NCBI GenBank assembly: GCA_002269645.1
Contig: NIVC01000814.1
Location: forward strand, 124,001-188,000
Direction of reading: 5' to 3'
From: Macrostomum lignano
Lineage: Eukaryota
Length of the DNA stretch: 64,000 nt
Shown here one piece after another: positions 37,978 to 51,187 of the stretch (its first letter is position 1; each line of letters opens with the position of its first letter). The notes beneath the pieces were generated by a model. The model did no database searches. It had not been told where the DNA came from and saw only the letters and a program-made list of their open reading frames with translations. Position numbers and translations under genes: made by a program.

Positions 37978-40900
37978 AGTAACTAAAAACCATACAGATT
38001 CTATTTTAATTTTTGTGGAAAACGAAATCAGTAACCAAAATTGCCACCAGGTAAGATTGATGCCACGAAAAGTTGTTGCTCAGAGCTGCAACTAGCAGCG
38101 AAAATATTACAAATATATTATATATTTTTCATGGCGCTTTTTCTCTGAAAAGCAGACAATTTAAAGATACCAAGACACAGTAAATGAGATACGTCTTTAC
38201 TGCACCTATTACTATTAAGTCAATGGAGTTTGCAGACTAAATTATTAATTAGAAAAATATATTAAGAACGATTATCACTAGTCAGACAAAGTTGCTAACA
38301 CTTTGTTATACTGTAAAATGTGGAGGTCCGGCAATTATTTGAGTAGATTCTGAAACATAGATTCAATAGACTCCTTGAATAGACTAAGCCAGGCCTTGTG
38401 AAGTACTTGAACAGTCCTTGGACTCTATCCTGCTTTCCATAAAGATAAAGAGTTTAAGTTTGTTAAATTTATATAATTTGGTGTTTTAGAATGATTTGCG
38501 TCAACAGTAATAACAGTACGCCAGATGCGCAATGGCCCTTAGCCTGCTCTTCATTTTCGCAACCACGAATTATATATTTTTTATTCAAGTTTATGACTAT
38601 ATAGTAAGGCCATTTAGTCTCCCTGAAAATTTTCGGATCTTAAAAATTTCAGGTGAGTTATAATTTAGGCTAGGGGAGAAGATTTTAAAGCCCCCGCGGC
38701 CGGCCGATTAAAAAACGGTTGTTTTAGTTATAACAAAGTGAAGGAATAGAAGGCTATTTTTTGTTTTCCTATTTTTATGAAGGGCTTTTTTGTAGGCTTA
38801 TTTTCATGCCATCACTAATACATTGTGATGTATTTTTACGCAATGTTCATTTGTAGCTTACAGTACAATTCGAAACATTTTTCATTGGTCAAGCCTTATT
38901 AAAGGAGTGGCCGGTTTATGGTGGTGTGACCTACATGTAGAGGACGCTTCGGGGTTCGAGCTTTGCGTTCAGTGCAGCGAAATGAACACTGATTAGAATT
39001 CGTATAGGCCCTATTGCCTTATCATTCGCTATGTCATGAACATTCTCTATTGTATAAACTTGTATAAGGCCAAGGGGCCTACACGCCTACCTACTTACCT
39101 TGGCCTATTCTAAGCTAGATAAAATGCCAATGTCGTGGGCTTATGCAGTGTTCTGCAAAAGCGTACAATCCATAATAGATAAGCATTGAATTGAAAGTCA
39201 AGGTGGTCCTTCCTAAAGAATATTTAAGCCTTTAAACTTACTAACCTTGGTTTTGTTTTAGTGCCATTTAGTGGATAAGATCATAAGGTACATAGGCCCT
39301 AGTCAAGACAAGACTCAAGTTTAGGCCTAGTTAGGCCTATATTAGACTATATAGGATAGGCTATGGTATTGGTAAGGGCCTAGCCCTAGGTGATAGGTCT
39401 AGTCCTTCTCTTTCCTAGGAAGCTATATGCTATATCCAATGTACTTGACATCTGGCTTAGGTATATTGTTTCTAAGCCAATATAAATAAGTAGGCTTAGG
39501 CCTAGACTAGCTTACCTACTAACCTACCTAGCTGCCTATTAGTATTATTATTAAAACATTCCAAGACCTAGGCCCTATTCCAAAAAGCCAATGCAATAAT
39601 AGGCTTAGCTGGCAATCCTTCAGTTTCTTGCTCTAAATTATTTAAACCTTTTTACTTTTTAGAGTTTAACAAGCTTACAAAGTTCTTGCAAAAGTTCACA
39701 GAGTTCTACATAAGGTAATAGTGTGAGCTGCTAGGTTGTTGGGGTCCCAGAAATGCAGTGAATAATTGATTGTCATTGTCAGATGGTTGGCCACTATGTT
39801 GTAGGCAGCCCATTGGTCCAGGGTTTAAATAGGCCTAATAATAATTTAGAGCAAGAAACTGAAAGATTGCTGGCCTAGCCTATAATATAATATATCTAAC
39901 TTGCAAAAGATTTTTTGTCTTAAAGTCAATATGCATAATATAGTCAGTCGTAACATTAGTTATTGTTAAATCAAATGAGGGTAGGAAGCTAGGGCCAAGG
40001 TCCCTGCAGATTAGCCCAGGTAGGGCTCTGTTAGGCCCTAGGCCTATTCTTATTGGATAGGCCCCTATTGTTTGAGACCATATTGCTAGGGACACTAAGC
40101 CTAAGAGGTCCTAGATTGAGATTAGGTCTTAAGGCCTAATGAAAGTTTAAAGCTACTAGGTCTAACCTATTAGCATACTAGATATAATATAATATAATAT
40201 ATTGTCAATACTTATATTTTGTTTGCATAGGTCTAGCCTAGAGTCAAAGGCCTTAAGACTTTCTAAAGGCATTAATTAAATTAGCCTAGGTAGGCTATAT
40301 ATTATGCCTATTATAATCAAAGTATAATAATTGTTTTAGATAGGCCTAAGTAAATCTATATATTATTCATCCTATGATACTATGATCCTATGATCCTATT
40401 GCACTCAAGAATCAAGATGTTTTTTTCATCAACTGCTTACTACTGCCTAATACTTATGTCCTAGATTTGGCTAGCAAAATGGCATTTATTTGCAACCTAG
40501 CCTTCCCTATATTGCCATGTATTCTATTATTGTTTATTATAAAGTATTCAATATTCAGCATTCATTCTTTATCTAAAAGTGTTAGGCCTAGGCTTAATCT
40601 TGAATTTAGCCCTCATCATCCAACTTTACCCCTATCATCTATCTATCTATATTTGGTATCAAAACTATTATTTAAATCCCTAACCCTAGGGACTTAAGAG
40701 CTCTTCCTACATTAGATAGGCCTATTATTATTTTAATAATAATATTATTTTGAATAATCTTAATAATCTTAGCTTCTAGACTAAGGCAAGGGCCTACCAC
40801 CTAACTATAACATATATGTAGTATCTTTTCTTGATACTATATTTTTGTTGCTTCATTCCCCAAATCCATAAAGACTTAAGAGCTCTCATTTGAAAGTGAA

Positions 40901-41269
40901 AACATTTATTTTAACTTTAGCCCTTACTATCTAACTACAATATAGATATGGCATTGAAAATCTCTATTGCTTAAGTCCTAAATTCCAAAAACTTAAGACT
41001 AAGATTTCTTTTCATTTAAAATTAGCAAAAATTATCTGTTTTTAGGCTTATCCCCATAAAATCAATAGTTTTAATAGGACCTAGTCTCTTAAGTCTTAAT
41101 TGAGTAGTAGTACTTGATATGGAAACTAGATATTAGAAATATATTCCTGCAATCATATTTATATTTATATTCTTTGTTTGAAAACCTCTATATCTATAAC
41201 TTCCCATAGGCCATAGCCATATCCTTATGATATCCATAGCTACAATAGAATTCTAATTTATATTTATAA

Positions 41270-42058
41270 TGGCTCATTCCATATAAGATGGACATATTTG
41301 GAAAATAGAAAAAAGTCAATATTTTTGCTTGCCACTGCCTGATTAGCCAATTTTTTTACCAAATGTTTTTTATGTGTAACATCTACAATCTAAGAATAAA
41401 TGAATGATAAAATGTTAGATTAGTATGTTATCAAGTGGCAAAAAGTAATTTTTGTAAAAATTTGGACAGTTTTTTAAGCAAAAGACATCATTAAGTTTGT
41501 GAACCTTTTAAAAACAAATAGAAAGCTTTGGAAGGTTGAAACAAACTATAGATAAAAGTATAGTACTTGCATCATCAGATAAAAGTATTGATGAACAAAT
41601 AATCAATTATATTTTTAATATATTGGTACCTCTAAGTTACTGAATTGACAGAACAAAATATGTTACGACCAGAATGTTACGACCATAAGGCTGCCTTTTC
41701 TTTTGTATCTTTGTTGCCTTTTTGAGTTTATATATTCTACAAAAAGAGTATGATTTCTAAAGATGTTCTTAGTCGAATTTTAAAAAAATTATTGCAAAAT
41801 ATCAAAAATGAAAAATGTTATAAGACTTTTACCTTTTAGTTTCTATCTGTCAAAAATCCTGTCGTTACGACCAGAAGTGCCATTCAAGGTTTAATAGCAT
41901 CTATATTAATGATGATATCTACATGAAACTCTATAAAAATATTCTTGACAAAAAAATCTTTCATTTAAAATATTGGTTTAGTGTATTCTATTATTAGATT
42001 TCATTTTATAAGTAAAAATAGCCTGTCATGTTACGACCATAATTATATGGAATTGCCC
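41270..42058. mobile_element. Degraded PIF/Harbinger- or Zator-like element
   Basis: Right end TTATATGGAATTGCCC|TAA and left end TAA|TGGCTCATTCCATATAA form an imperfect TIR. There are four internal GTTACGACCA repeats. Confidence 0.4.
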
Positions 42059-42748
42059 TAATTATAAATTTGCATCTATTTTTTATTATACTATATTAGC
42101 TTTTGCTTTTTTATTCATTTTTCTTAGGTCAATCTTTATTTTAATTTATTACTTCAAGTTTGATTTTAATTTTGGTTTTATTGAGTTCCAACTATTAATA
42201 ATATAAATGTTCTCATATTATAGACATATTATTTAACTTGCAATTTTAGAGTATAGGCAACTTGTGATTTTTTAAAATGTATATTTGAAATTCATAAAAG
42301 ATTACTTTTAAATTACTCCAAGTATTAGTACTAGGGGCCTATATATCTATATATTGGAATTAAAGCTTTCCAGTTTTGTTTGTAATATCAAATACCAATA
42401 CCAATGCTTTAGGCAATTTTTAACCACTATAACAATAGGGATATCAGTATATAATTTGATTTAAATCTTTGATATACTTATGTAGTATTGAGCATAGAAA
42501 GATTAACATATATGATACTAACGTAATAAGTTAGCTCACTTATTTCTAGCATTATAAATTTATTGGTTTATAAAATTAGAATTAATAATCTTTGTTAAGA
42601 TTCAGTTTACCCTATTGTCATAGATAGTAAAGTAGCAAAGTTTGGGTAATATTTTACCAATTTTTTAAAAATTAAAATGGTATTTTTACTTCATTACTTT
42701 TCTTTTAGTTTTGGTTCCCATCTAAGCCTTGTTGGGGTGTGTAGCCCA

Positions 42749-43035
42749 GGGGTTGTAGTCTAGTGGTTAAAGCTGTAGACTCACAACTGAAAGGTTGGGG
42801 GTTCGATTCTCAATCCACTTGGAACAATTTGTGTCCTTGAGCAAGATAATTAACTTTGCATAGCTTCAGTTCACCTAGCTGTAAAATGGGTGCCAGCATT
42901 AGCTGGGTGATTGAGGGTGTTTGTGACGTTTCCCAGTCCTTGGACTGAACAGCCATATGTAGCATTCAGGTGCGCCATGCAAGCTGTTGGTTGCACATCT
43001 GCCAATTAAAGCAGGTGTTGTCTATTATTAATTAA
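42749..43035 (+). mobile_element. tRNA-derived SINE with CORE(MIR)-like domain, copy 1
   Basis: A-box TAGTCTAGTGG and B-box GGTTCGATTC, then GTGTCCTTGAGCAAG..TTAAC...TCAGTT...CTGTAAAATGGG resembling the CORE consensus. Homologous to the copy at 53656. Confidence 0.7.
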
Positions 43036-43108
43036 ATGATACAATGTAAATAATGGAAACCGTAGCTTAAAATGAATCTAGTTTAACATTTAATACATTT
43101 TTTTTCGC

Positions 43109-45278
43109 ATGACAGGCGGCAGTAAACCCTCTGCCGCGGCTTCGGCTGCTTCATCTTTGACAGCCGCCGCGGCTGCAGTAGCTGCCGCCGCTTCAAAAGC
43201 TGCCACCGGTGCCGCCCCTACTGGCCCCTGTCACTACACTGGCGGCCTGACAGCTCGTCAACTTGGCGACATTGACGACCTGGCCAATTGCATAACAGTG
43301 GACGCCCATCTGGGCTTTGGTACGCATAAAATGTGTGAAAGATTTCGAGCTCCGCCGAGGTTAAGAAAGACTTGGCGTCGAATTTTGGAACAATTTCAAA
43401 TTGATCAAAACTACGAGGCCGCTTGCGATGCATTATTGACAGCAGATTCGCCTAGCAACGCTGGCAATTCGCCATTCTCCGTTGCTAATGACAACAATAA
43501 CGCTTGCTCGCGTCCTTATCGACCATTTCTACCGGCTAGTAGGCGTGCTGATTTAAATCTGCGCGCCCATCTGTGCCGCTATTTGCACCTGTTCGATCCG
43601 AGATCCGGCGTCAGAATAGAAGCTTGTCGAAGGTATTTACACGAGAATCGAGTCGGCGCTCGAATCGTGTCAACTAGGCAGTGGCAGCCGGGCCAGCGCA
43701 TCGATATGCTGATTGGCTGCATAGCCGAAGTCTCGCCCGAGGAGGAGGCCGACGGCGGCTATTTGAAGCCAGGCGTAAACGATTTCTCAGTTATGTATTC
43801 GACTAGGAAGCATCGATCCCAATTGTGGCTGGGTCCGGCCGCTTATATTAATCACGATTGCCGGCCCAATGTGCGATTTGTGCCGACTGGCGCCTGCTCG
43901 GCTCATTACGAAGTTGTTAGGCCGATCGAAGAAGGCGACGAAGTGTTGCTATACTATGGCAATCATTTCTTCGGATTGAATAATTGCGAATGCGAATGCC
44001 GAACTTGCGAACTAAATGGAACCGGGGCCTATGCCAACCGTGCGAAATCTAAATCTAGCATAGGATGCGCTGATATTGTAAGTTTTTCAAGCTTGCCTGT
44101 CTTTTCTTTAAAAAATTTTCAAGTAGCTTAATTCGAGTGTAATTCGAGTGAGAATGGCCAATTATCACCTTGTTTTAGAATGGCCAATTATCACCTTGTT
44201 TTAGAATGGCCAATTATCACCTTGTTTTAGAATGGCCAATTATCACCTTGTTTTAGAATGGCCAATTATCACTATAATTTAGAATAGCCAATTGTCACTA
44301 TAATTTAGAATAGCCAATTGTCACTATAATTTAGAATAGCCAATTGTCACTATAATTTAGAATGGCCAATTATCACTATAATTTAGAATAGCCAATTATC
44401 ACTATAATTTAGAATAGCCAATTATCACTATAATTTAGAATAGCCAATTATCACTATAATTTAGAATAGCCAATTATCACTATAATTTAGAATAGCCAAT
44501 TATCACTATAATTTAGAATGGCCAATTATCACTATAATTTAGAATGGCCAATTATCACTATAATTTAGAATGGCCAATTATCACTATAATTTAGAATAGC
44601 CAATTATCACCTTGTTTTAGAATGGCCAATTATCACTATAATTTAGAATAGCCAATTATCACTATAATTTAGAATAGCCAATTATCACTATAATTTAGAA
44701 TAGCCAATTATCACTATAATTTAGAATAGCCAATTATCACTATAATTTAGAATGGCCAATTATCACTATAATTTAGAATGGCCAATTATCACTATAATTT
44801 AGAATAGCCAATTATCACTATAATTTAGAATGGCCAATTATCACTATAATTTAGAATAGCCAATTATCACCTTGTTTTAGAATGGCCAATTATCACTATA
44901 ATTTAGAATAGCCAATTATCACTATAATTTAGAATAGCCAATTATCACTATAATTTAGAATAGCCAATTATCACTATAATTTAGAATGGCCAATTATCAC
45001 TATAATTTAGAATAGCCAATTATCACCTTGCTTAAGTATTGCCGCAGCCACAACCCAGTCAGAACCGCCCAACCTTCATACCCTTTGTCAAAACTTTCAG
45101 GCCGCTAGCAACGCTGGCGCCGCCGAATGCACCGCCCCGGATCGTCGCAGCCGACTTCGACGTAGCGCCGCAGTCGCCGCCGCACTTGTCTACAGGCCTC
45201 ATCGCGACCGAGTCCAGCATCCGCCGGCGCAGCAGCCTCCTCGAAAGAAGCATCGGCCAAGCAATTGCAATAAACTAA
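43109..45278 (+). CDS. Suv4-20: Histone H4K20 methyltransferase Suv4-20 (KMT5B/C) SET-domain protein
   Basis: The main exon (43109 or 43116 to donor at 44077|GTAAGT) encodes DDLA...LGFGTHKM, NDFSVMYSTRKHRSQLWLGPAAYINHDCRPN and YYGNHFFG...CECRTCE, diagnostic of Suv4-20. The start is uncertain because ATG 43109 lies in a TTTTTTTCGCATGACAG acceptor-like string. The last exon is tentatively 45048-45278. Confidence 0.88.
44152..45030. repeat. Intronic minisatellite, 26-bp unit AGAAT(A/G)GCCAATTATCACTATAATTT, ~33 copies
   Basis: Direct reading. Confidence 0.95.
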
Positions 45279-46504
45279 CAACGACGCTTTCCCAGCCATT
45301 ACCAGTAGACGAACAGCAAAATTTGTCGGCAACTCCAACTGGCGAGATTCTGTGCAACGGAACTGAAGCAGGAAAAGTTGAGAGCTAACTGGCCAAGCTA
45401 ATTGACTAATCAGACAGAGAGTAATGGTGTTAGTTTTATGCGGTTGTAAAGTCTAATCTATGACAAATTTTAAATACATTCTACAATCTGTTATTAACAT
45501 CCTCTAATACTACTAATCAGTAATCTTTGTAATAACGACAATATAAAACAGCATATATTCTACAGCTGATTATCTGTGTATTCCTCTTTCGTTTATACTA
45601 TTTACGTTTTCTTGCTTGTAGATAACGTCACTAATTTTCTGTCTCTAAGTTTTCTATCTGAGTACACTGTAGTTGGTTTAATTTTATAACAGCAATTGTG
45701 TTTCTGTTTTCTTCTAATAGATATGATTATTTACCTGCGTTGTTTTAGGATTATTATTTTTAGTTTTTCGTCTTTTTCGCTAATTCCGTCTTTGGTTAAT
45801 AAATATCCTTAACATCCTACTATGCAACTACTGGGTTAGTAGTGTCTTGTGCAAATCCTATTAACAGCTGTACGTGTTTCTTGTCGAGATTTATTGTACC
45901 TTGCACTATTCGTACTTTGTACTGTAAAGTGTCAATGCTAATCGATTCTTATCTTCATAAATTGTCTGGCTCGTAATTTCTATTTGTTGCATATTGCATA
46001 TCTAATTATAAATTATGATTAGTAATACCTTCAACTGTCTGCCTGGTACAAACCGTCCAATTTTAGTAATATTATATATCCAATAACAACTGTGTGAATG
46101 TATCTATTCTAATTATAAGTAAAACTGGCTTAGTCTATATTCAAGACTACATGATTTTTTCTTTATTTTTGTTTGACAAAAAAGCAACAAAGTCCACGAA
46201 GGGCGTTACTTTCTGGACGTTGAATCTTTTATGTCGCTTGCTGCTTATCAGTTGGGCTTTTTGTACAATTTAAACCATTGCTTTTTGCCATGTATTCAAT
46301 AATAACTTTATAGGCATTTCTTTCATAGTACAAAGAGAAACCGTATCGCCTAATTTCATGTGCTATCTTTTCAACAGGCTGCACTGCTTGTGTTGTTTAT
46401 ATTTAATGCCGTAGGCTTTTTATTGGGTGTAGCTTTAGTCATAAGCTGTTTATTTTAGTTTGTTTCATTTTTGGTCAGAAACTGAAACGGTGTATATAAA
46501 TTCC

Positions 46505-47650
46505 CCCAGTCTAGATCCTCACTTGTTAGGCCAGCCTTTCAGATCCTCAGTTGCTAGGCCACCGCTAGCCTCCCAGATCCTCAGTTGCTGGGCCACCGCT
46601 AGCCTTTCAGAGTGTCAGTTGCTGGGTAAGCCTCCCAGATCCTCAGTTGCTGGGTCAGCCTCCCAGATCCTCAGTTGCTGGGTCAGCCTCCCAGATCCTC
46701 AGTTGCTGGGCCAGCCTCCCAGATCCTCAGTTGCTGGGCCAGCCTCCTAGATCCTCAGCTGCTGGGCCAGCCTCCCAGATCCTCAGTTGCTGGGCCAGCC
46801 TCCCAGATCCTCAGTTGCTGGGCCAGCCTCCTAGATCCTCAGTTGCTGGGCCAGCCTCCTAGATCCTCAGTTGCTGGGTCAGCCTCCCAGATCCTCAGTT
46901 GCTGGGCCAGCCTCCTAGATCCTCAGTTGCTGGGCCAGCCTCCCAGATCCTCAGTTGCTGGGCCAGCCTCCTAGATCCTCAGTTGCTGGGCCAGCCTCCC
47001 AGATCCTCAGTTGCTGGGTCAGCCTCCCAGATCCTCAGTTGCTGAACCAGCCTCCCAGATCCTCAGTTGCTGGGCCAGCCTCCCAGATCCTCAGTTGCTG
47101 GGTCAGCCTCCCAGATCCTCAGTTGCTGAACCAGCCTCCCAGATCCTCAGTTGCTGGGCCAGCCTTTCAGAGTGTCAGTTGCTGGGCCAGCCTCCAAGAT
47201 TTTCAGTTGCTGGGCCAGCCTCCTAGATCCTCAGTTGCTGGGCCAGCCTCCCAGATTGTCAGTTGCTGGGCCAGCCTCTCAGATTTTCAGTTGCTGGGCC
47301 AGCCTCCCAGATCCTTAGTTGCTGGGTCAGTCTCCCAGATCCTCAGTTGCTGGGCCAGCTTCTCAGATCCTCAGTTGCTGGGCCAACCTCCCAGAGTGTC
47401 AGTTGCTGGGCCAGCCTCCCAGATCCTTAGTTGCTGGGTCAGTCTCCCAGATCCTCAGTTGCTGGGCCAGCTTCTCAGATCCTCAGTTGCTGGGCCAACC
47501 TCCCAGAGTGTCAGTTGCTGGGCCAGCCTCCCAGATCCTTAGTTGCTGGGTCAGTCTCCCAGATCCTCAGTTGCTGGGCCAGCTTCTCAGATCCTCAGTT
47601 GCTGGGCCAACCTCCCAGAGTGTCAGTTGCTGGGCCAGCCTCCCAGAACC
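46505..47650. repeat. Minisatellite, 28-bp unit CTCCCAGATCCTCAGTTGCTGGGCCAGC, ~40 copies, just upstream of the PNPLA start
   Basis: Direct reading. Confidence 0.95.
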
Positions 47651-47725
47651 GCTGTTGCTAGGCCAGACTTCGAAGTCGCACGCTTCACCTTGGCCTTCCC
47701 TAAACCCGCAGGCTCCAGTCAGAGC

Positions 47726-50700
47726 ATGCTCTCTCGCACACTAGACGATTTTGACGATGACGGTGACATCAAAGCCGTCAGCGATCGATACCATATCGAC
47801 ATCGATTGCGCTGCAGCCGGTCTCGGATCCTCGTCCAACACGGCCGCATCCTCCAGCAGTCGCAGGAGCAGTCCGCCAGCCTCGCCGTCATCGTCAAGTC
47901 CGCAGTTTTCTTCCGGCAACGAATTCTCTGCAACAAGCGGCAGTCAAGACTTTCTATTGCCAGAGTCCGCCGGCCCGAATTTCTCATTCGCCGGCTGCGG
48001 CTTCATGGGCGTCTATCACGTCGGCGTGTGCAGCTGTTTAAAAGAATATGCGCCGCAGTTGTACACCAACCGGGTGCTAGCCGGAGCCAGCGCCGGCGCC
48101 TTGGCAGCCTGCTGCCTGATGTGCGACTGCGACTTGGGCCAGTGCGCCAACTTTGTCCTGAGCCTGGTTGACAGGGCGTCGGTCCGCACCCTGGGCCCGT
48201 TTCATCCGTCATTCAGCATTACTAGCCTGTTAAAGTCTGGACTAGAAGATATTCTACCAATAGATGCGCATCGAATCTGCTCTGGTCGGTTGTTTGTCTC
48301 TGTGACTGATGTTTTAACTCTGCGCAATCGGGTTATATCTGATTTTCCTACCAGGGACTATCTTATACAGGTGAGTCTGATTCTGTTGTAAAAAAAGGAG
48401 ATATCAAAAAAATTTATATCTCATAGGTGAGATTTTCAAATGATTAATATCTCATAAGTGAGATTTTAAAATAATAAATATCTCATTTATGTGAGATTTT
48501 CAAATGATAAATATCTCATAGGTGGGATTTTCAAATGATTAATATCTCATAGGTGGGATTTTCAAATGATTAATATCTCATTTATGTGAGATTTTCAAAT
48601 GATTAATATCTCATAGGTGGGATTTTCAAATGATTAATATCTCATAGGTGGGATTTTCAAATGATTAATATCTCATAGGTGGGATTTTCAAATGATTAAT
48701 AATATCTCATAGGTGGGATTTTCAAATGATTAATATCTCATAGGTGGGATTTTCAAATGATTAATATCTCATAGGTGGGATTTTCAAATGATTAATATCT
48801 CATAGGTGGGATTTTCAAATGATTAATGTCTCATAGGTGAGATTTTTTGCAAATGTTAAATATCTCATAAGTGAGATTTTAAAATAATAAATATCTCATT
48901 TATGTGAGATTTTCAAATGATTAATATCTCATAGGTGAGATTTTCAAATGATTAATATCTCATTTATGTGAGATTTTCAAATGATTAATATCTCATTTAT
49001 GTGAGATTTTCAAATGATTAATATCTCATTTATGTGAGATTTTCAAATGATTAATATCTCATAGGTGGGATTTTCAAATGATTAATATCTCAGGTGAGAT
49101 TTGGAAGGATTAAAATCTCATAGGTGAGATTTTGAAATGAATTATATCTCATAAGTGAGATGTTAAAATGATTAATACCTCATAGGTGGGATTTCGAAAA
49201 ATTAATATCTCACTTGAGATTTGGAAAGAATAATATCTCATAGGTGAGATTTCGAAAAGATGATTATTTCATGTGGCAAAATCTGGTTGAGATTTTGTGA
49301 GCCTGTACAGTGTTAGTGTCTTTTTGTAAGACTTTGACAGAAGTGGCAGCTATCAGGGAGACCCGATTCTGTCTAATTCTACTAAAACTGCATTATTGTA
49401 GAGCTGATGCAGATTTCCTTATAAAAAATCCCCTATTTGAACCCGCTCCGCAGTCGCTAATGTGCAGCGCGCACATACCGGGCTTCTCCGGCCTGACATT
49501 CCCCGAACTGAACGGTGTCCGCCTGATGGACGGCTGCTTCTCCTGCAATTTGCCCCGGCTAAACTCGCAAACTGTGCTAGTGAGCCCGTTCGCCGGCCTG
49601 GCCGACATTTCACCCGAGGATGAGGTGTGGTTCATGATGCCGCAGCCCAGTTCTATTGATATGGACATTACGCTGGCTAATTGGAGGCGATTAGTTCGCG
49701 TACTGTGGCCGCCGGGGCCAGACAGGCTGGCGCAGATCTGTCAGCGCGGCTTCGACGACTGCGTTGACTATTTAGTTAGGCACGGGCACGTCCGGCTTAG
49801 CGCTTCGTTAGAGTACGAATTAGGCGGCTCAGGCTCAATAGGCAGCGTCGGAATTGAAGCTTCTGGCAGTGCCGACGGCGACTGTTTCAATTCGACTTCT
49901 TATGACGGATATGAAGATGATTATAAGGTACGATGTGCTGTTTTTACTACTTATCTAATAAGTAGTTTTATATCAGTAGTAGATGTATTGTTTGTCCTAC
50001 TTAATGATTAAATAGTTTCATTGTTAGCAATACTTAGTAACTTAATAATTGGTTAGTATATATAAAAACGCTTGCACATAGGCTAATTTCACAAGAAATT
50101 ATAAATTTGCGTTAATTAATAAAAAAAGCTTTTCAAACAAAAAAGTGCTATAAAAATCTGTTTTTAAATTCCTTAATATCCACCAAGGTTAAGAGGCTGT
50201 GGGCACTGCCGCAATCAAGGTTGTTCAATTACGTGAAATTTACTGTCTAACTAAACTTGATGCTTAATGTTCATAACACCCTACTTTTGTGTAGGCTAGT
50301 AGGCAAGTAGCGCATTTTAGAACTATTTTTTGAAGGCTATCCTAAAAATATACATTTAAACACCCGAAACAGGCCCTGGAGATGCGCACTCAGCTAGCCG
50401 AAGGTCTTCAAAACAGTCTGCCACCGCCCGTGCTGGAAGCTCTCCAACGAGCCAAACAGAAAACACTGTTGCGTCGATTATACGACAGTCAAATGGTTCG
50501 CGTTGTTCGTTTACTAATCCAGCCATACACTTTGCCAATTGACGTGCTCTACCTGCTCTGCCGTCGGTTGCTACGCTATTTACCTTCCCTATCTGGCACC
50601 GCTCAATCTGTGCTAGACGAGACCCGGCAACATTTGAAATCTTTCACAGAGAATGTTCGACTACGTCGAGCTCAAAGCAGCGCTCTATTGGATCGATTTA

Positions 50701-51050
50701 AACACACCGTGATTGGTCGGCATGCCTACGACGACAGCTACGAGGCTGACGGCGAAGATGCCAATGATGAAGCTGCTCCTAATGTCGATTCAGCCTCCGG
50801 CTCCGCAGAATCCAACGGTCCTCGTTGGCATAGGCACCGATTGAGAGCTAAGCTCAATCAGCTCCATCACCAGCAGCACAGATCTGCTGGCGATCTTAGA
50901 GAACTGCTGAGCGAAGAGCTGGACTACCGGCCTGGGGAAGAGGAGGCTCACGATACCGTTGAGCAGGCCGTGCTGGTGCATCAACAGCGTAACAATAGGC
51001 TTGTGAAATTCTACCTGGGTCGAGAACGTGATCGTGTGGATCCCCATTAA
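47726..51050 (+). CDS. PNPLA2: Patatin-like phospholipase (PNPLA2/ATGL/brummer-like), 3 exons, ~598 aa
   Basis: Exons 47726-48370, 49454-49927, 50373-51050, all phase 0 and GT-AG. Motifs SFAGCGFMGVYHVG, GASAG nucleophile elbow, MDGCFSCNLP and VSPFAG..DISP. Confidence 0.85.
48405..49265. repeat. Intronic minisatellite, ~31-bp unit GATTTTCAAATGATTAATATCTCATAGGTG(G/A)
   Basis: Direct reading. Confidence 0.93.
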
Positions 51051-51187
51051 TGATTAATACGATTGACTCCGACTAATTTATTTCTTTTTTAAATGCCAGG
51101 TTTTTGTCCAGCGTGCTGCTGCTGAATCACTATTGTGCTGTATCTGCTACTGCCTGATGTTTTATTATTGCTTTTAATTACTAGATT

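Noticed and set aside
38718-38735. GTTTTAGTTATAAC resembling a Cas9 repeat start
   Set aside because: Single short chance match.
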